Counted from the first letter of the stretch, positions 24,906 through 38,815 are shown. The stretch is 64,000 bases of DNA from Adineta vaga (GCA_021613535.1 CP075497.1:9610001-9674000), one strand, 5' to 3'. Notes: a model not told the origin generated them from the letters alone. Made by a program: numbers and translations.

Positions 24906-27900
24906 ATGTCTTCAAAACGTCTCCAACGTCTCGAACAGCTCGAAAAAGGTGTCAGTGATCTATCTTTAGGAATAGGTCAAGCTGGTGATGATTCCGATGA
25001 TGATTCCAAACGAAAAAATAATAAGAAAAAAGGTGGTGCTGCAAAGAATAAACAACCACCACAATCAGTCAAAGTAGTTGCTGCAGAAAAACAAGTTTCC
25101 GATAATGACGATGATGATCAATCAACAACGACAAAAAATACTCGACAACATGATTCTGATGATGAGAAGCCTCGAAATAAAAATGCTAACAAGAAAAATA
25201 AAGGAAAGAAAAATAATAAACATATAAATGATGATGACGATGATGAAGATGATCAAACTTCTGTTAAACAAGGTAAACTATTTCTTTCAAATCTATATTT
25301 TCATAGGAAAACTATTTTTTCATTTAACAGCTTCACTTCCAGCTGATTCCGATGATGATCGTAATCAACGAAATAATAAGAAGAAAAATAAAGGAAAACA
25401 GAAAACGAAAGATGATGATAATACATCAGTAACGACGGAAAATAAATCTGATCGAAAAAAACCAAAAGGTGGAAAGAAAGGTGCTATCACAGATGATGAA
25501 GAAGACGAAGACAAAAATGAAAATGATGTACCTTCAGCATCAGCACCTGTTCGAGAAGAAGCTCAACAAGGTAAATTCTTTTTCTGCATCATTCTTTCCT
25601 GAATACTTTTTTTGAATAATTCTAGCTACAGTCGATTTTTCTGATGAATCCGATGATGATGATCGATCGAAGAAGAAAAATAAAAAACAAAATAAACAAA
25701 AGAAAGGTGGAAAACAACAAACAGTGAAAGGTACGTTTTCAATTATGTACAATTTTACCTATGAAAATTTGATTTTTCTAGCTGAAGCAGATGAAGAAGA
25801 AGTTCCAGAAGAACCTGTTGTCTCGTATACTCAACCAATTGCAAATAAAGAAGTAACACAAGGTTTGATTTCATTATTTCCAAAAAAATTTATTTCTTTT
25901 TCAAACTATTTTTTGTTTTCAGCACCAATTGAATGGAGTGATTCTGATGATAATGACAAAAAGAAGAAATCAAAATCGAAAAAGAAACAACAAGAAAATG
26001 TTGTTGAACAACCTATACCAGCTCCTGTTCAACAGAACCCACACCACCTATTATTGAACCACAACCGACACCAACTGTTACTGAACAAGAACCACCAGTA
26101 TCACGTATGTATTTCTTTCATTAACATTCGAATCTTGTACATAGCTGAATGGCATCCAATAATAGTCTCATACTTTGTTGTATGAATCATTCAGCTTAAA
26201 ATTTGTCGATATTGAAAAATCGCTTATCTGTTGTTTACTTTGTGAACTGATTGACAGATTGATTTATGCAAGTCGATGATATTTACACATTTTTGCTCAA
26301 TTTTAGCTGCTGTTACAAAAACAACAACAACAACAACAACAACAAAAAAGAAGATTTCAAGAAAAGAATTAGAAAAATTAACAGCTACTGAAGAATCAAC
26401 ACCAATGGATGAAGATGTGAAAGAAGAAGATGAAGATGCTACTGTCGAAGCAGAAAAAGAAGAATCAGTCGATAAACCAACTGAAAAGAAATTAACACGA
26501 AAAGAACAAAAAAAATTGGAAAAGAAATTAGAATTTGAAAAAATTATTGCAGCTGCACCAGAAACTGATCAATTTTCTGTGTCGCAAACAACAACACAAA
26601 GCCGACAAGCTCAACTTTTTGATACAGCTATCGATATTAAAGTTGAAAATTTCTCCATTTCTGCTCGTGGTAATGATTTATTTGTTAATGCAAATTTAAA
26701 TATTTCCAATGGTCGTCGATACGGTCTTGTTGGACCTAATGGTATGGGTAAAACAACATTATTAAAGCATATTGCCAATCGACAATTAGCTATTCCACCT
26801 AATATTGATGTTCTTCTATGTGAACAAGAAGTTCAAGCTGATGAAACATGTGCATTAGATATTTTATTAATGGCTGATAAGAAACGTTTAACATTACTTG
26901 AAGAGCAAAAACGACTTGAATCTCAACTAGAAACATCACATGATGATACTTTACAAGATAAATTACGTCATGTTTATGATGAATTGAAAGCCATTAATGC
27001 AGATGCAGCTGAACCAAAAGCACGACGTATTCTTGCTGGTCTTGGTTTTACTCCTGAGATGATAAGTCGTCCATCGAAAGCATTTAGTGGAGGTTGGCGT
27101 ATGCGTATTTCACTTGCCCGTGCTCTTTATATTGAACCAACATTATTAATGCTTGATGAACCGACAAATCATCTTGATTTAAATGCTGTTATTTGGCTTG
27201 ACAATTATCTTCAATCATGGAAGAAAACTTTATTAGTTGTTTCCCATGATCAATCGTTTTTAGATAACATTTGTACGGATATTGTTCATTTAGATGCGAA
27301 GAAATTGTATTATTATAAAGGCAATTATTCACTATTTAAAAAGATGCTTTTACAAACACGTGCACAACAATTAAAAGATTATGAAAAACAAGAACGTGCA
27401 TTGAAAGCATTAAAAGACCATGGACATTCATCAAAACAAGCATCAGCAAAAGTTGGCAAACGTGAAGAACAAAAGAAGAAAGAGAAAGATCGAGGAAGAA
27501 AGCACGATACTGCTGATGATGAACTAACAACTGGAAAAGAATTATTACAAAAACCAAAAGAGTATCAAGTTCGATTTCGTTTTCCATCACCACCACCACT
27601 CAATCCACCAGTATTAGGTGCATATGATATGACATTTGGTTATGAAAATCGTGAGCCACTTTTTCGAAAACTTAATTTTGGTATTGATATGACAAGTCGA
27701 ATAGCAATTGTTGGACCTAATGGTGTTGGTATGTAAACGATTTAAATAATTATTACAGACAAGTGATTTGAGAGTAAAGAATATCTTCATATGAGGTCAT
27801 CTAAATGAGAAACAAATAGTACTTGACATTGTATTTTCTTATGACATAATCATTCAATATTGAGACTTTTACTAGAAGGTTAAGACTAGGAGAAAAGAAT

Positions 27901-28507
27901 TGAAAATATCTCTAACTTTTATGTTTAATTAGGCAAAAGTACATTCTTAAAATTATTAATGGGTGTAATTGAACCAAGTCGTGGTGAAATTCGTCGAAAT
28001 CATCGTCTTCGTATTGGTCGATTTGATCAACATGCTGGTGAACAATTTGATTTAGATTTAACTGCTGTTGAACATCTCAGACGATCGTTTGATATGCCTG
28101 AACAAGATACACGAAAATCTTTAGGAAGTGTTGGTTTACCTGGTCGTGCTCATCTCATCAAAATGAAAGATCTTTCCGGTGGACAAAAAGCTCGTGTAGC
28201 TTTGTCAGATCTGATAGCACGTGCACCCGATGTATTAATTCTTGATGAACCTACGAATAATCTTGATATTGAATCTATTGATGCATTAGCTGAAGCCATT
28301 AATGAATTTAAAGGTGGTGTGGTTATAGTATCGCACGATGAAAGACTTATTCGTGAAACTGATTGTCAACTTTGGGTGATTGAGAATAAACAAATAAATG
28401 AAATCGATGGAGATTTTGATGATTATAGAAAAGAATTACTGGATTCATTAGGTGAAGCAATGATCCATAATCCAAGTGCAGCAGCAACAGCCGCTTCTTC
28501 AATTTAA
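24906..28507 (+). CDS. ABCF1: ABC-F family translation-associated ATPase ABCF1 (ABC50); 1-nt frameshift in exon 25923-26104
   Basis: K/D/E-rich N-terminus and two NBDs: [42 protein letters not shown], then VGPNGVG|[33 protein letters not shown]. No TM domain. Confidence 0.93.
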
Positions 28508-28758
28508 GTTTTATGTTATCTTTTTTCCTTTTCCATTCGTTGTATGTCTGTTAGGCAACAAACTATCTATTTTTTTTCTTTGCTAAATAAACGTATGACG
28601 AAGTTACTTATCAATACAAGAAATAACAAAAGTTTTATATTCAATCATTTATTATAGTGTTTTGCAAGATACTATGATAATCAAATGAGAAGAAAATTAC
28701 ATAATAGTTTTGAATAGATATAAATCATAATTAAATAAATAGTTAGAAAAAAAAAGAC

Positions 28759-29322
28759 TCATTGTGTTTTGTTTTTATTATTTAATGAATTGAGTAAGTT
28801 CAATATTTGTCCACCAATATTCCACATACAAAAAAATGGAAATACAACCCACAATGAACTTGGTAGAATAAACAGGCAAAGATGTTCCCATGTTTCGATT
28901 TTAATTGGTAAATCTTGAGGGTGTAATGGTCGTTCATAATAGTCATGAACAAAATATAAAACAGTTTTTGACCATGTCATCACACTAGCAATTAATAGAA
29001 GAAGACAGCCTGCATTTCGTCGTCGAAATATATGATAAAGAAGAACAGAAATGAGTGCTAGACTAAGTTCAACATAATTCATCCAACTTTGTCCAATGAC
29101 GAAGGCATTTTTTAAATTACCATACAATGGATCAACCGTTATATATTTCGCATAAGGATAAAATATATGAAATAGGTCACCTTTAGCCATACTTCGTGGA
29201 CGAACTAGGACATATGTTGCATCATATATGCAAGTCAATGAACTAATGACAGCCCATGCTGTTGCCCAACCGGGCATCGAACATTGATTAGATCGAATGT
29301 TTGTACTTGATTTCGGTGGCAT
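28759..29322 (-). CDS. EXPERA / emopamil-binding-protein-like 4-TM membrane protein, intronless
   Basis: Motifs YDATYVLVRPRSM, YAKYITVDPLYG, FVIGQSWMNYVE, MTWSKTVLYF and FILPSSLWVVFP, with four hydrophobic segments. Confidence 0.75.
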   Translation of the reverse strand: MPPKSSTNIRSNQCSMPGWATAWAVISSLTCIYDATYVLVRPRSMAKGDLFHIFYPYAKYITVDPLYGNLKNAFVIGQSWMNYVELSLALISVLLYHIFRRRNAGCLLLLIASVMTWSKTVLYFVHDYYERPLHPQDLPIKIETWEHLCLFILPSSLWVVFPFFCMWNIGGQILNLLNSLNNKNKTQ

Positions 29323-29930
29323 TGATTCGTTTCGTGCTTCTTTTAAAAAAAAGTAGGAGTGAGGTTTTTACCTTGTAAGAAAACAGATAAATGCAATGTG
29401 TATCGTCCCATATGGGCTGATGTTTATTATTGAATGAAACGAAGAACGAATCGCAATCGACGTTTATTATACATAAACACTTACTAAAACATTAAAATTA
29501 TGAACAATGTTCTTGTCATGTTTATATATATATATTTGACTTTCAAGGTTATAACTTCTTGTACATGTTGTTGATTTTAAACTAAATTGACTATTTTCGT
29601 GAAAAGGCCGTTGCTGGGTAACGTTTTTTTTCTTCATTGTAACAATATAAAAAAATATCTTATCTCACGTGTACATTCAAGGGTACGAATCTTTGTCCTT
29701 GATTACACTTTGAAAGATCTAATTCAACCAAAAAAAAAGGATTTCGCGTTTATTTGACAAAAGAATAAATAATTAATACACATATGAAAATGCTCGAAGT
29801 CACTTAATTCTAATCTATTTAACAGTTACATCACAGAGTAACACATACATGTAGATAGGAAGAACAGTTGTGTTATAATCCTGAGATTTCGAATAACAAA
29901 AAAAAACAACAAAAATTAGTTTTGTTTATT

Positions 29931-32900
29931 TTAAACGTCATTGGAATTGTGTTCAGATGTTTGTTGGTCATCATTAACAATCGTTGACGACGTTTGTGTA
30001 CGTCGAGGAATAGTGGAATAACGATGATGATGATGACGATTGCGAGGTCTCTGTTGAGGACTCAAATCTGATGGAGAAATTGAACGTTGAATTTGAGAAT
30101 TAAGTAACATTAGATTATTTAAAGATGTTTGATATTGTGGATGATATGTATGAATTACAGCGGAAGCTATCGAATAAAAGAACAAAGGATCTATCAATAA
30201 TAATAGAATGAAATATTCATACCAGAAGCAACTGAAGATTCATCATTATTAGTTTGTGTCATTGGACGGAACAATGCAGCAATATTCGTTTGATTATCTA
30301 GTTAGAAAATAAACATAGAATTCATTTTTTTTGTCTTAAAATAATGATATATTAAAATACCAATAGGATGTAAAAGTATATTTTGTTGATCATTTGAACT
30401 TCGTTGTAGGAGATCTGCAAGTAATAAATCGTCGTTATTATCAAATGATAATGTTTCATTCGAATGATTTGGATTATTTATTGCTAATGTATCTGTTTTC
30501 CAAACATGAAGAGCATGTTGAACAATATCATCAATATCTGCAGATAAAACACTAAGTGTAATTGGATCTGGTGCTATACTATCCGATTTGATAATTGCCG
30601 ATGCAGTATTTTGAGTCGTTGGTGCTGAAGAATTAAGAATATCATTTGATCTGACAGCAGGTGAAGCAACAATAAGAGAATAATGTTGATGAAGATTTTG
30701 TTCATTTGGTGCTGATTGACTACTGAGAGTAACGGTTGTAATATCACATGTTGTACCACTTTCAACATCATTTTCAGTTAAGCTATAAAAATCAAAATCG
30801 TATTATAATTCTAGTCAAATATTATTCCATAGAACTGATCAATTAGAATTTTTTTTTCAAGGTTTAATATTGTTGAAAGAAATCTTATGATAGTTTGAAG
30901 AATTTTTTGTTAAATTCTCTTGTTCAAATAAATAAATCTTACTTACGCATTTTCAACATCAATGTCATTTTCATCGTCTTCATTGTCATCATCTTCATCT
31001 TCATCCGAACTTAATTCTTCTGAATCAACTGGACATGATACATCAGACTATAGGACAAAAAGAATATTTTTTCATATGAATAGATTAAGACATTTTAATC
31101 TTACTTCAAGTGATGTATGTTCGTCATCATCGTCATCATTTTCTTGTTGTTGTTGTTGTTGTTGTTGTTCATCTCTTCTCATTGTATCTACAACATGTGT
31201 CTTTACTGTATTATCATCTTGTTGCTGTAGTTGCTGTTGTTGTTGTTGCTGCTGTTGTTGTTGATAATGATGTTGATTATCATCATTGATTGGACTAGTT
31301 GAAAGAATCTCTTCATTATCATTTTTTTCTGATGAAGGTAAACTACGTCGTTTTGTTGTCATAAGAAAATGAATTTTTTCACGTAAAATTTTGATTTCAT
31401 TATGTAAATGATGATTATCATTTTCCACATGTGTTATATACCATTGTTGATCTCGACATTTTTGTTGATATGTTGGTGGACGGACTTGAAAACGTAAGAT
31501 TAATATATCACTATCAGTATCCAAAAAGCCTTCGCTTATCAAAGCATCAAGTAAAAAAAATCGATTATAACCCCAACATTCTCCAACTTCAAAATCTGAC
31601 GCAAATTCTCGAACAATATTTTTCGATGGATCTTTACTCAATTGATGAATCATTTCTACACGATATTCATATTTCGATGGTTCATTTAAACCATTTGTTA
31701 ATTCAAGAAAGACGGATAAATATGTTCCACGAACAGTTCCATTCCCATCGGGATATACTTTTAAACGCCATGTTAAACCATTGACATGTAATGGTTGACT
31801 ATAAATTGGATCGACATTATGTCGAAGAATAGAAAAATTTGTAATAACAAATGTACTTGAGTCATATTGTGGAACAATTTCACTACAAAGTAAAAGATTA
31901 TTTTTCCTTTTCGAAGAAAATAATAAAAGAATTACCTTGGAAAATCACATGGAACAGGTGTTGTAACAAAACTTGTCATTGGTTTTCGATAGATCATTTG
32001 AATAGAATTTAGAAGATCTTGTTGTTTACCAATAACTTCAGCTTTTCCACTTGTTGATACTCGATGTTCAATATCTTGTAAAACATGTTCGATTAATTCT
32101 GTTTCACGTGAAAATTGAAGACGTTGAACTAAATCAAACGATAAAAACAATGTTTTATTATCTTCATAAGAAACAATAATCTCATCTTCTTTTAATCTAC
32201 ATACCATTCAAAGCATCTAATTTAACTTTAAGTTGTTCATCTAATTTCGCTTGCATAACATGCATAGCATTTCGAGTTTCTCGAAATCGTTCATCTTTTG
32301 CTGCTTTTACACTTTCAACATTTCGTTCCTAATATGAAATGTATCATTAAATAAATGTTAATTTTTTTTATCAAAAATATTATAAATACATACCACATCT
32401 TGTATCAAACAAATCAATTCAACATGTCGTCGTTTCAATTGACCAATATGTTCGTTCACTGCAGATATATTAGCTTGATAAACATCATCAAGTGGTACAA
32501 ATAGATGACCAGCATGCTAATTAATATAGAAAAGGAAAAATCAATGAAACTTCTGTATCAATATGATGTCTTACTGAGCCATTGAATAATGCACATTGAT
32601 GACAAATACATTTCGAACATGAAGAACAGAAAACACTCAGCTTTTCTCGATGTATTTCACATCTAAAATAAAAGACAAGAATTCAATTTCTTTTAAATCG
32701 CAAAAGAAAACAACAAGTTACTTACTTGTCTTTTTCTTCACGTTTTTGTTTACTCATTTCATTAACTTTTAAACTATCGAGTTGACTGGTTACTTCTTCT
32801 GCCCATCGACAATTAACTAGATCATGTAAACGAAGTGTTGCTCGACAATGTGGACATTGTTGACGTTGATCTGTCAACCATCTCTATTTCATAAAAAAAA

Positions 32901-33159
32901 ACAAACAATCGAATTCAACTTCTTCAACATCAAAATAAAAATTCAACTACTTACTCGAATACATGGATAACAACATAGTTTCGAACAATGTGGACAAAGA
33001 CGAGCATCACGTAATTTTTCCATACAAATGAAACAACGAAATACTTCAGCAAGTGACTGAACATGAAAAGAAAATCAAATGAGTTTATCTCGATGTTCAA
33101 TAGCAGAAAAAAAGTATTCATACTTCAACACTAGCTGTTCCATTATTTGATGATGACAT
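29931..33159 (-). CDS. TRIM37: E3 ubiquitin ligase TRIM37 (RING, B-box, coiled coil, MATH)
   Basis: [102 protein letters not shown] and [20 protein letters not shown]. Confidence 0.96.
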
Positions 33160-34974
33160 TTCGTTTTATTTTCAATCTTCAAAGAAATCGAATAAAAATC
33201 AAAGTTTGACAGCACACCTGAAATCGATCGAATGAGTACGTGAACGAGAAGAAAAAGAACAACAATTGATCGATCAATCAAATCAGACACTCAAAAAAAG
33301 TTTGCATCCACAGATTTCCACTAGTCCATTGGTGTCAAGGACAACAATCTCTTTCATTTCTATTAGATGTCGCTCGTAGACATTCATCATATTCAAAGGT
33401 TCAATAGTTGAACTCTTCTCTTCTCAAAATGTTCATTGTTGAATAGAAAAACGTACAGCTATCATTTGATTTATTCATATTCCATTCTTTTCAATAAGGG
33501 AAAAACCAACTATTGTGGGTTTTTTCACAGAGTTATTTCGTAGATTATTTATTTGCTATCGTTTGTTGTTTCGCACTTGAAATACGATTTATGTTACATT
33601 TCGAAGAAAAAACAAATTTTTCCCATATACTTGGAGAACGTTTATCTATTTACCAATGGCATAAGAATCCATCTTCTTTGCACGTGATAATCATGCATTC
33701 ACAGTTAAAATAGATATTTGTCAAATTACTTTATTCTCTCAATAGTATATTTATTACATAATGACATGCAATATAGTTTTTGCACTGATAAATTGTTTGG
33801 ATTCAACGTAGTTCTGTTTTTTCTATATCATTCACAAATATGCTACTTAGTAAAACTTTCGTAAGTAGAATCACTTTAGGAATTTTGAAATCTAACAACT
33901 TTTAATCTGAAATTCATGTATCTATACACTCAGTTAAGTTTCTTTTATCTTGAAGAATACGATATTACTGAATAAATCCCGGACATCGTACGTCATTTTT
34001 ACTCATATCATATTTGTTTTTATGTGAATTTTATCATATTCTGACATATACAAAAATATATGCGTAGAAATAAATGAGATTAAGTGCTTTCTTTTTTTAG
34101 ATAAAACGGAAATTTTTCTGTACTACTCGATCTATTTTTATCGATACGGCTGTATGCATGTCACATTCTGTAACAACGACTAATACGGACACACCTTTTA
34201 CGTAGTTGGATAAAAACCAGATTACGCAATGTATATTTACTCTCAATAATTTACTGCGAAATAAGAATCAAACAATGAGAAACGAAGAGATTGTTTTTGT
34301 TGTTGTTTTTCGTCGTAAATTTTTCTTTGTTTCAGAGAAATGTTTATTCCTTATCAGTGAAGGTAATTGTAAAGGAAAGTACAGGTATCGGTCCATTTAT
34401 AAAAAAAAGCGAGACAAATAACTTTACGATTAACAAGTGATCGCAGTTCTCAAAATGGTACAACTCTAAAATCATAGGTTTTCAAAAGCAATTATGTTAA
34501 TTGACAAGACTAGATCACAAATTATATTCAAGCTAAATAATTTAGTCATTCATTTATCTCTTTGATTAAGAGTATTTCTATGAAGATTAATACTAATACC
34601 AAATCAATAAGTTCGAAAGTATATAAAGATCGTATTTCTTCTTCCTTATTTTAAACGATCGCCAAGTTGGAAACTTTTTCTTTATCAATGACGAAGAAAA
34701 AAGTGCGGAAAAGAAATTTTTCGAATAATGATTCATAGATTATGAGTGCATGTCTAGGGCAAAGAGAAAATTAATAGGAGAGAAATAAACTCTGCCAATA
34801 ACGAAAGTGGGTGTGTCTTTTATGAGGAAAAAAAGTTATATTTAGATTACAATTGCGTTCGATAATTTGGAACTTCTCGTATATAAATATGCAAATAGAT
34901 CATATATGAAAAGAAAATTTCTATATTCAATGCAACTTACATACTCTTAATATATCAATCATTACAAATTAACA

Positions 34975-36273
34975 ATGAATTCACCAAAAGTATCTAGAGC
35001 TATACTGGTTAAAGGTAATGTTGGTGTTCAATCCGAATGTGGAAAATTAGATGTAGTTCTTATGCATCGGCCTGGTCAAGAGCTTCGACGGTTGACCAAG
35101 GATAATATTGAACAACTTCTTTTTGATGAAATTCCCGATGTTAATCAAACACAAAAATCACACGATACATTTTCCAAATATCTACGGGCTAATGGTACAC
35201 ATGTATTATATATGAAGGATCTTTTAACTGAAACATTAACTGTTAGCCGTGATGCTTGTCAAACCCTCATCGATGGTATAATTACCAATAGCATGTTGAA
35301 AGGCAAACGTCAACAAGAATTATTAACAGCATTACGTCAATGGTTAACAGATCGAACTCCAAAACAGTTGGTTGATGATATTATCACTGGTGTTGCTCGA
35401 TTATCACGTGAACTTGGTTCTTCTCTTGCTGCTCAAACAATTCTCAGAGAATCCGATCCAACTACTGAATTCATCATCCCACCATTGCCTAATTTATTAT
35501 TCACACGTGATGCATTCTCAATCATCGAAAAACATGTCTTCATTTGGAATATGGCTAAACCAGCTCGACGAAATGAGCCACTTATTTTTCGTGTTATCTT
35601 TCAATATCATCCTCAATTATCAACTTCAGGTCTCAATATAATGGAATGGCAATCGATAATCAATGATGGACAGATGGCAACAATTGAAGGTGGTGATGTG
35701 GCTTATCTTGGTCAAGGCATTTTACTTATTGGTTCTGGTGAACGAACAAATCGAGCAGGTATTGAAGCTCTTGCTCGAACAAGTGTATTTCAACGAATAA
35801 TTGCTGTTAAAATTCCAGCACAACGTGATTATATGCATTTAGATACTGTTTTAAGTTCAGTAGGTAAAAATACTTTTACTTTACACGGATTATTAGCTAA
35901 CCAAATGGAAGTCTTTACGGTTGAAATTCGTGATGATAACAATAATGTTTTTATTTCTGCAAAATGGATTTCATATGGTTCGGATGTTCGTGGAGCACTT
36001 CGAAAATTATTGAATGATAATAGTTTGATATTTTATGACGCTGCAGATGAAGCAACATCGATAGTTGAACAACGAGAATGTCGTCATAATGTTTTAGCAA
36101 TTGATGATTGTCATGTAATGACTTATGCTGGTGGTAATATGGAAAAAGGAATGGTCAGTCAAATGATGCGCAATAATGCTTGTCGTGTTGGTCTTATACC
36201 ACCTGAAGGTTTATTAGAAGGTGGTGGTGGTGCTCATTGTATGACAAATGCCATACGAAGACGTGCTAAATAA
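34975..36273 (+). CDS. arcA: Arginine deiminase (ArcA-like), intronless
   Basis: GVQSECGKLDVVLMHRPGQELRRLT, LLFDEI, PLPNLLFTRD, IEGGDV, ERTN, MHLDTV and GGGAHCMTNAIRR. The catalytic Asp, Glu, His and Cys are all present. A TATA-like tataaata lies near 34882. Confidence 0.93.
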   Translation: MNSPKVSRAILVKGNVGVQSECGKLDVVLMHRPGQELRRLTKDNIEQLLFDEIPDVNQTQKSHDTFSKYLRANGTHVLYMKDLLTETLTVSRDACQTLIDGIITNSMLKGKRQQELLTALRQWLTDRTPKQLVDDIITGVARLSRELGSSLAAQTILRESDPTTEFIIPPLPNLLFTRDAFSIIEKHVFIWNMAKPARRNEPLIFRVIFQYHPQLSTSGLNIMEWQSIINDGQMATIEGGDVAYLGQGILLIGSGERTNRAGIEALARTSVFQRIIAVKIPAQRDYMHLDTVLSSVGKNTFTLHGLLANQMEVFTVEIRDDNNNVFISAKWISYGSDVRGALRKLLNDNSLIFYDAADEATSIVEQRECRHNVLAIDDCHVMTYAGGNMEKGMVSQMMRNNACRVGLIPPEGLLEGGGGAHCMTNAIRRRAK

Positions 36274-36796
36274 TTTCTTTTTGGAAAAGAAAACTGTATA
36301 TAAATATGATGTATATAAATTTTAAAAGTAGTGTTATAGTTTTGCTTCTATGAAATAAATCACAAACTCATGTAATTACCATAAACATTAATCGGCTAGA
36401 TATTTTCTGTTTATATGAAAATAATGTATATATTGATTGGAAATTTCTTAAAAAGAAGTATAGATAATAATCAATCCAGAGCTTTTTAATCATCGTATTG
36501 ATGTGAATATTCTATTTTTAGAGGAAGAAAACATTTGCGCAACGTGTTACAAAATAAATAATGTTCGATGAGGACACACCTTCTGTATAGTTCTCACACG
36601 CGTGTTTTGCTTTATTTTGTCATGTCTATCGTAGACGACATAGTTTACAGTAGAACAAAAAAATTTATTATACTAGTTGTGAATGTTTTTTCGTGTTTAT
36701 GACATACCTTTATTACCGATAAAGTTTTCTATTCTTACACGTTTTTTTATTGAAAATATAAGAAAAAGAAATCAAGTATCAAAAATGTAAAGTTAA

Positions 36797-38073
36797 TCAC
36801 CATTTAGCATAATGATTCTCAGCAACGCCAAAACCATTTTCAATGATATATTTATGATTCGACAGTTCAATCGTTCCATGATAAGTACCAAAAGCTTGGA
36901 TAAAATCTCCTTCAAGGACAAATAGATTTATATGTTCTTCTTGACTACCCCATGGTTGAAAAGTCAAACGAATATTTGGAACTTTTCGATCAGTAGTTCC
37001 TGAAGAATATATTTGCCATGATTGACTTGTTTGATGTTCTTTGTCAGGTAACTCATAGACAATTAAATCGACAGTATAAACTTTCCCAGCAATCCTGTCA
37101 TCAACTTTAAAATGAAAAATAAATCCTTTCATTTTTAACTTACCAAACAGCACTTTCCATTGATATACCATTAGCATCATTATAGACCATATCTGAAAGA
37201 TTTATGCCAATTGTAACTGTTTCATTATTCGATGAATCAATTGCTACTACCGAGAGAGAAACCCTAAAATATTAAAATGACATTTCAAATAGTTTATTAT
37301 GTTGAATGATTTACCATTTCCAACGAGATAATCTTTCTGAATAAGCTAATGTCCAATCCATACTACTAAGGCCATTGGAAAGATCTTGTTTCTTATCTTT
37401 ATTACCTAAATAAATATGTCCTCGAGATGATAAACCTGCTATTTTATGTGTATATGCAGGACGTGTTTGTTCGACAGGATACAACAATACCATGGATTGA
37501 TCTTTTTCACTCGAATAATCAATTGTAAAATCAAAAGACATTTGAAAAGTATCATTTATTGGTACACTTGCGTCAATTTCATAGACTTTCTCTTTTTTCT
37601 TATAACACAAACGAATATATTCTGTTGATGATTGAGAAAAATGAGTACAACCGTCGATTGATGATTTTGCTTGTTCTCTAATTGCCTTTGATAAAATTGA
37701 TCTAGCTGAATATTGATAAACTGATCTATCCTTGTTTGGTTCGATCAATAACATAAACAAATGCATGAGCAACATAATTGAAATTAGCAATTGCAGCTGC
37801 AATAAAATATTTTTCAGTTGATATCGATTTAAAATCCCAATGTTTTAAATTGACAAAATTGAAGAATTTTGATACAGAAACCCAAGAATGATCAATCACT
37901 GAAAATGGTTTCGCATAACGACCGTATTCATTGGTTTTCAATGGTACACGATTTTGTATTGAACCAAGAGAAGTCGGTTTAGGTAAATTAACATACTGAG
38001 CATCTTCAATGGTACCAAATAAAATTGCTAATAAAGGTATTAAAATTGTAATAATAACAATAGAACGAAGCAT
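36797..38073 (-). CDS. DUF2804-like protein with N-terminal signal/anchor; two introns, frameshift near 37736
   Basis: LKHWDFKSI, PAYTHKIAGL, SMDWTLAYSERLSRWKW, IGINLS, W-x-LF, LTFQPWG, FIQAFGTYHGTI and GFGVAENHYAKW* fit my recollection of the DUF2804 pattern. Introns lie at about 37264-37314 and 37085-37143. Confidence 0.75.
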
Positions 38074-38815
38074 ATTTATTTGGTAAGAAAAACTGTTCGT
38101 TTCTATCTGCAACGTGACCGATGAAATCGACAATCGTTGTCTTTTTCTTGTTCTTATCATTATTTTCCTTAGAGAAACAGAACAAAAGAAAGTACCATAT
38201 ACAAATATTTACCAATGTATTTTCTAATTCACGTGTTGATTATTAGAAATAAACTATTGAAATTTACAGTGATTAAGATAATTGAATATGCAGATCAAGA
38301 CAACACTATGACGAAGATCTTTACAATATTAGTAATGTATAAAAGAAAACTTTCGATATTGATCATATTTAGCTTCTTAATAGTCTTCTAAAGTTTCATT
38401 GAATCGATGTATTTGTTAGTGACTTTGTTGATAATGATTAGCATACGGATATTTAGTTAAAGTTATCTGTTCATTAATTTCATTATGACAATTTGACAAA
38501 AAAAGATATGACGAAGTTTTAAGATCAATAAACACGACAGGAGACAAAAGAGAAAAATTATTCACATTACATTGAACATATACGTAGATCTGACATAAAC
38601 ATAGAATTGTCTGTATAGAAGGAAAAAAAGAAAAAAATTCGATGAATTCTGCGTATTTTGTGATTGATTTTGAAGAGAACAAGATAAATCAAGCATATTT
38701 AAGAGTAAAATGTACACACATGCCCAATGCTCCAATGTGGTATGTTAATGCCACGGATAGAATGTGAAATAATGATATAGTTTAGGAAAGAAAGAAAGAA
38801 AGAAAATGATAAATG

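Noticed and set aside
30962-31264. Cys/Ser-rich plus-strand ORF resembling a metallothionein
   Set aside because: It is the antisense reading of the polyQ and acidic tracts of TRIM37.
34975-38073. Bacterial contamination
   Set aside because: Base composition matches the flanks, the DUF2804-like gene has spliceosomal introns, and there is no bacterial operon context.
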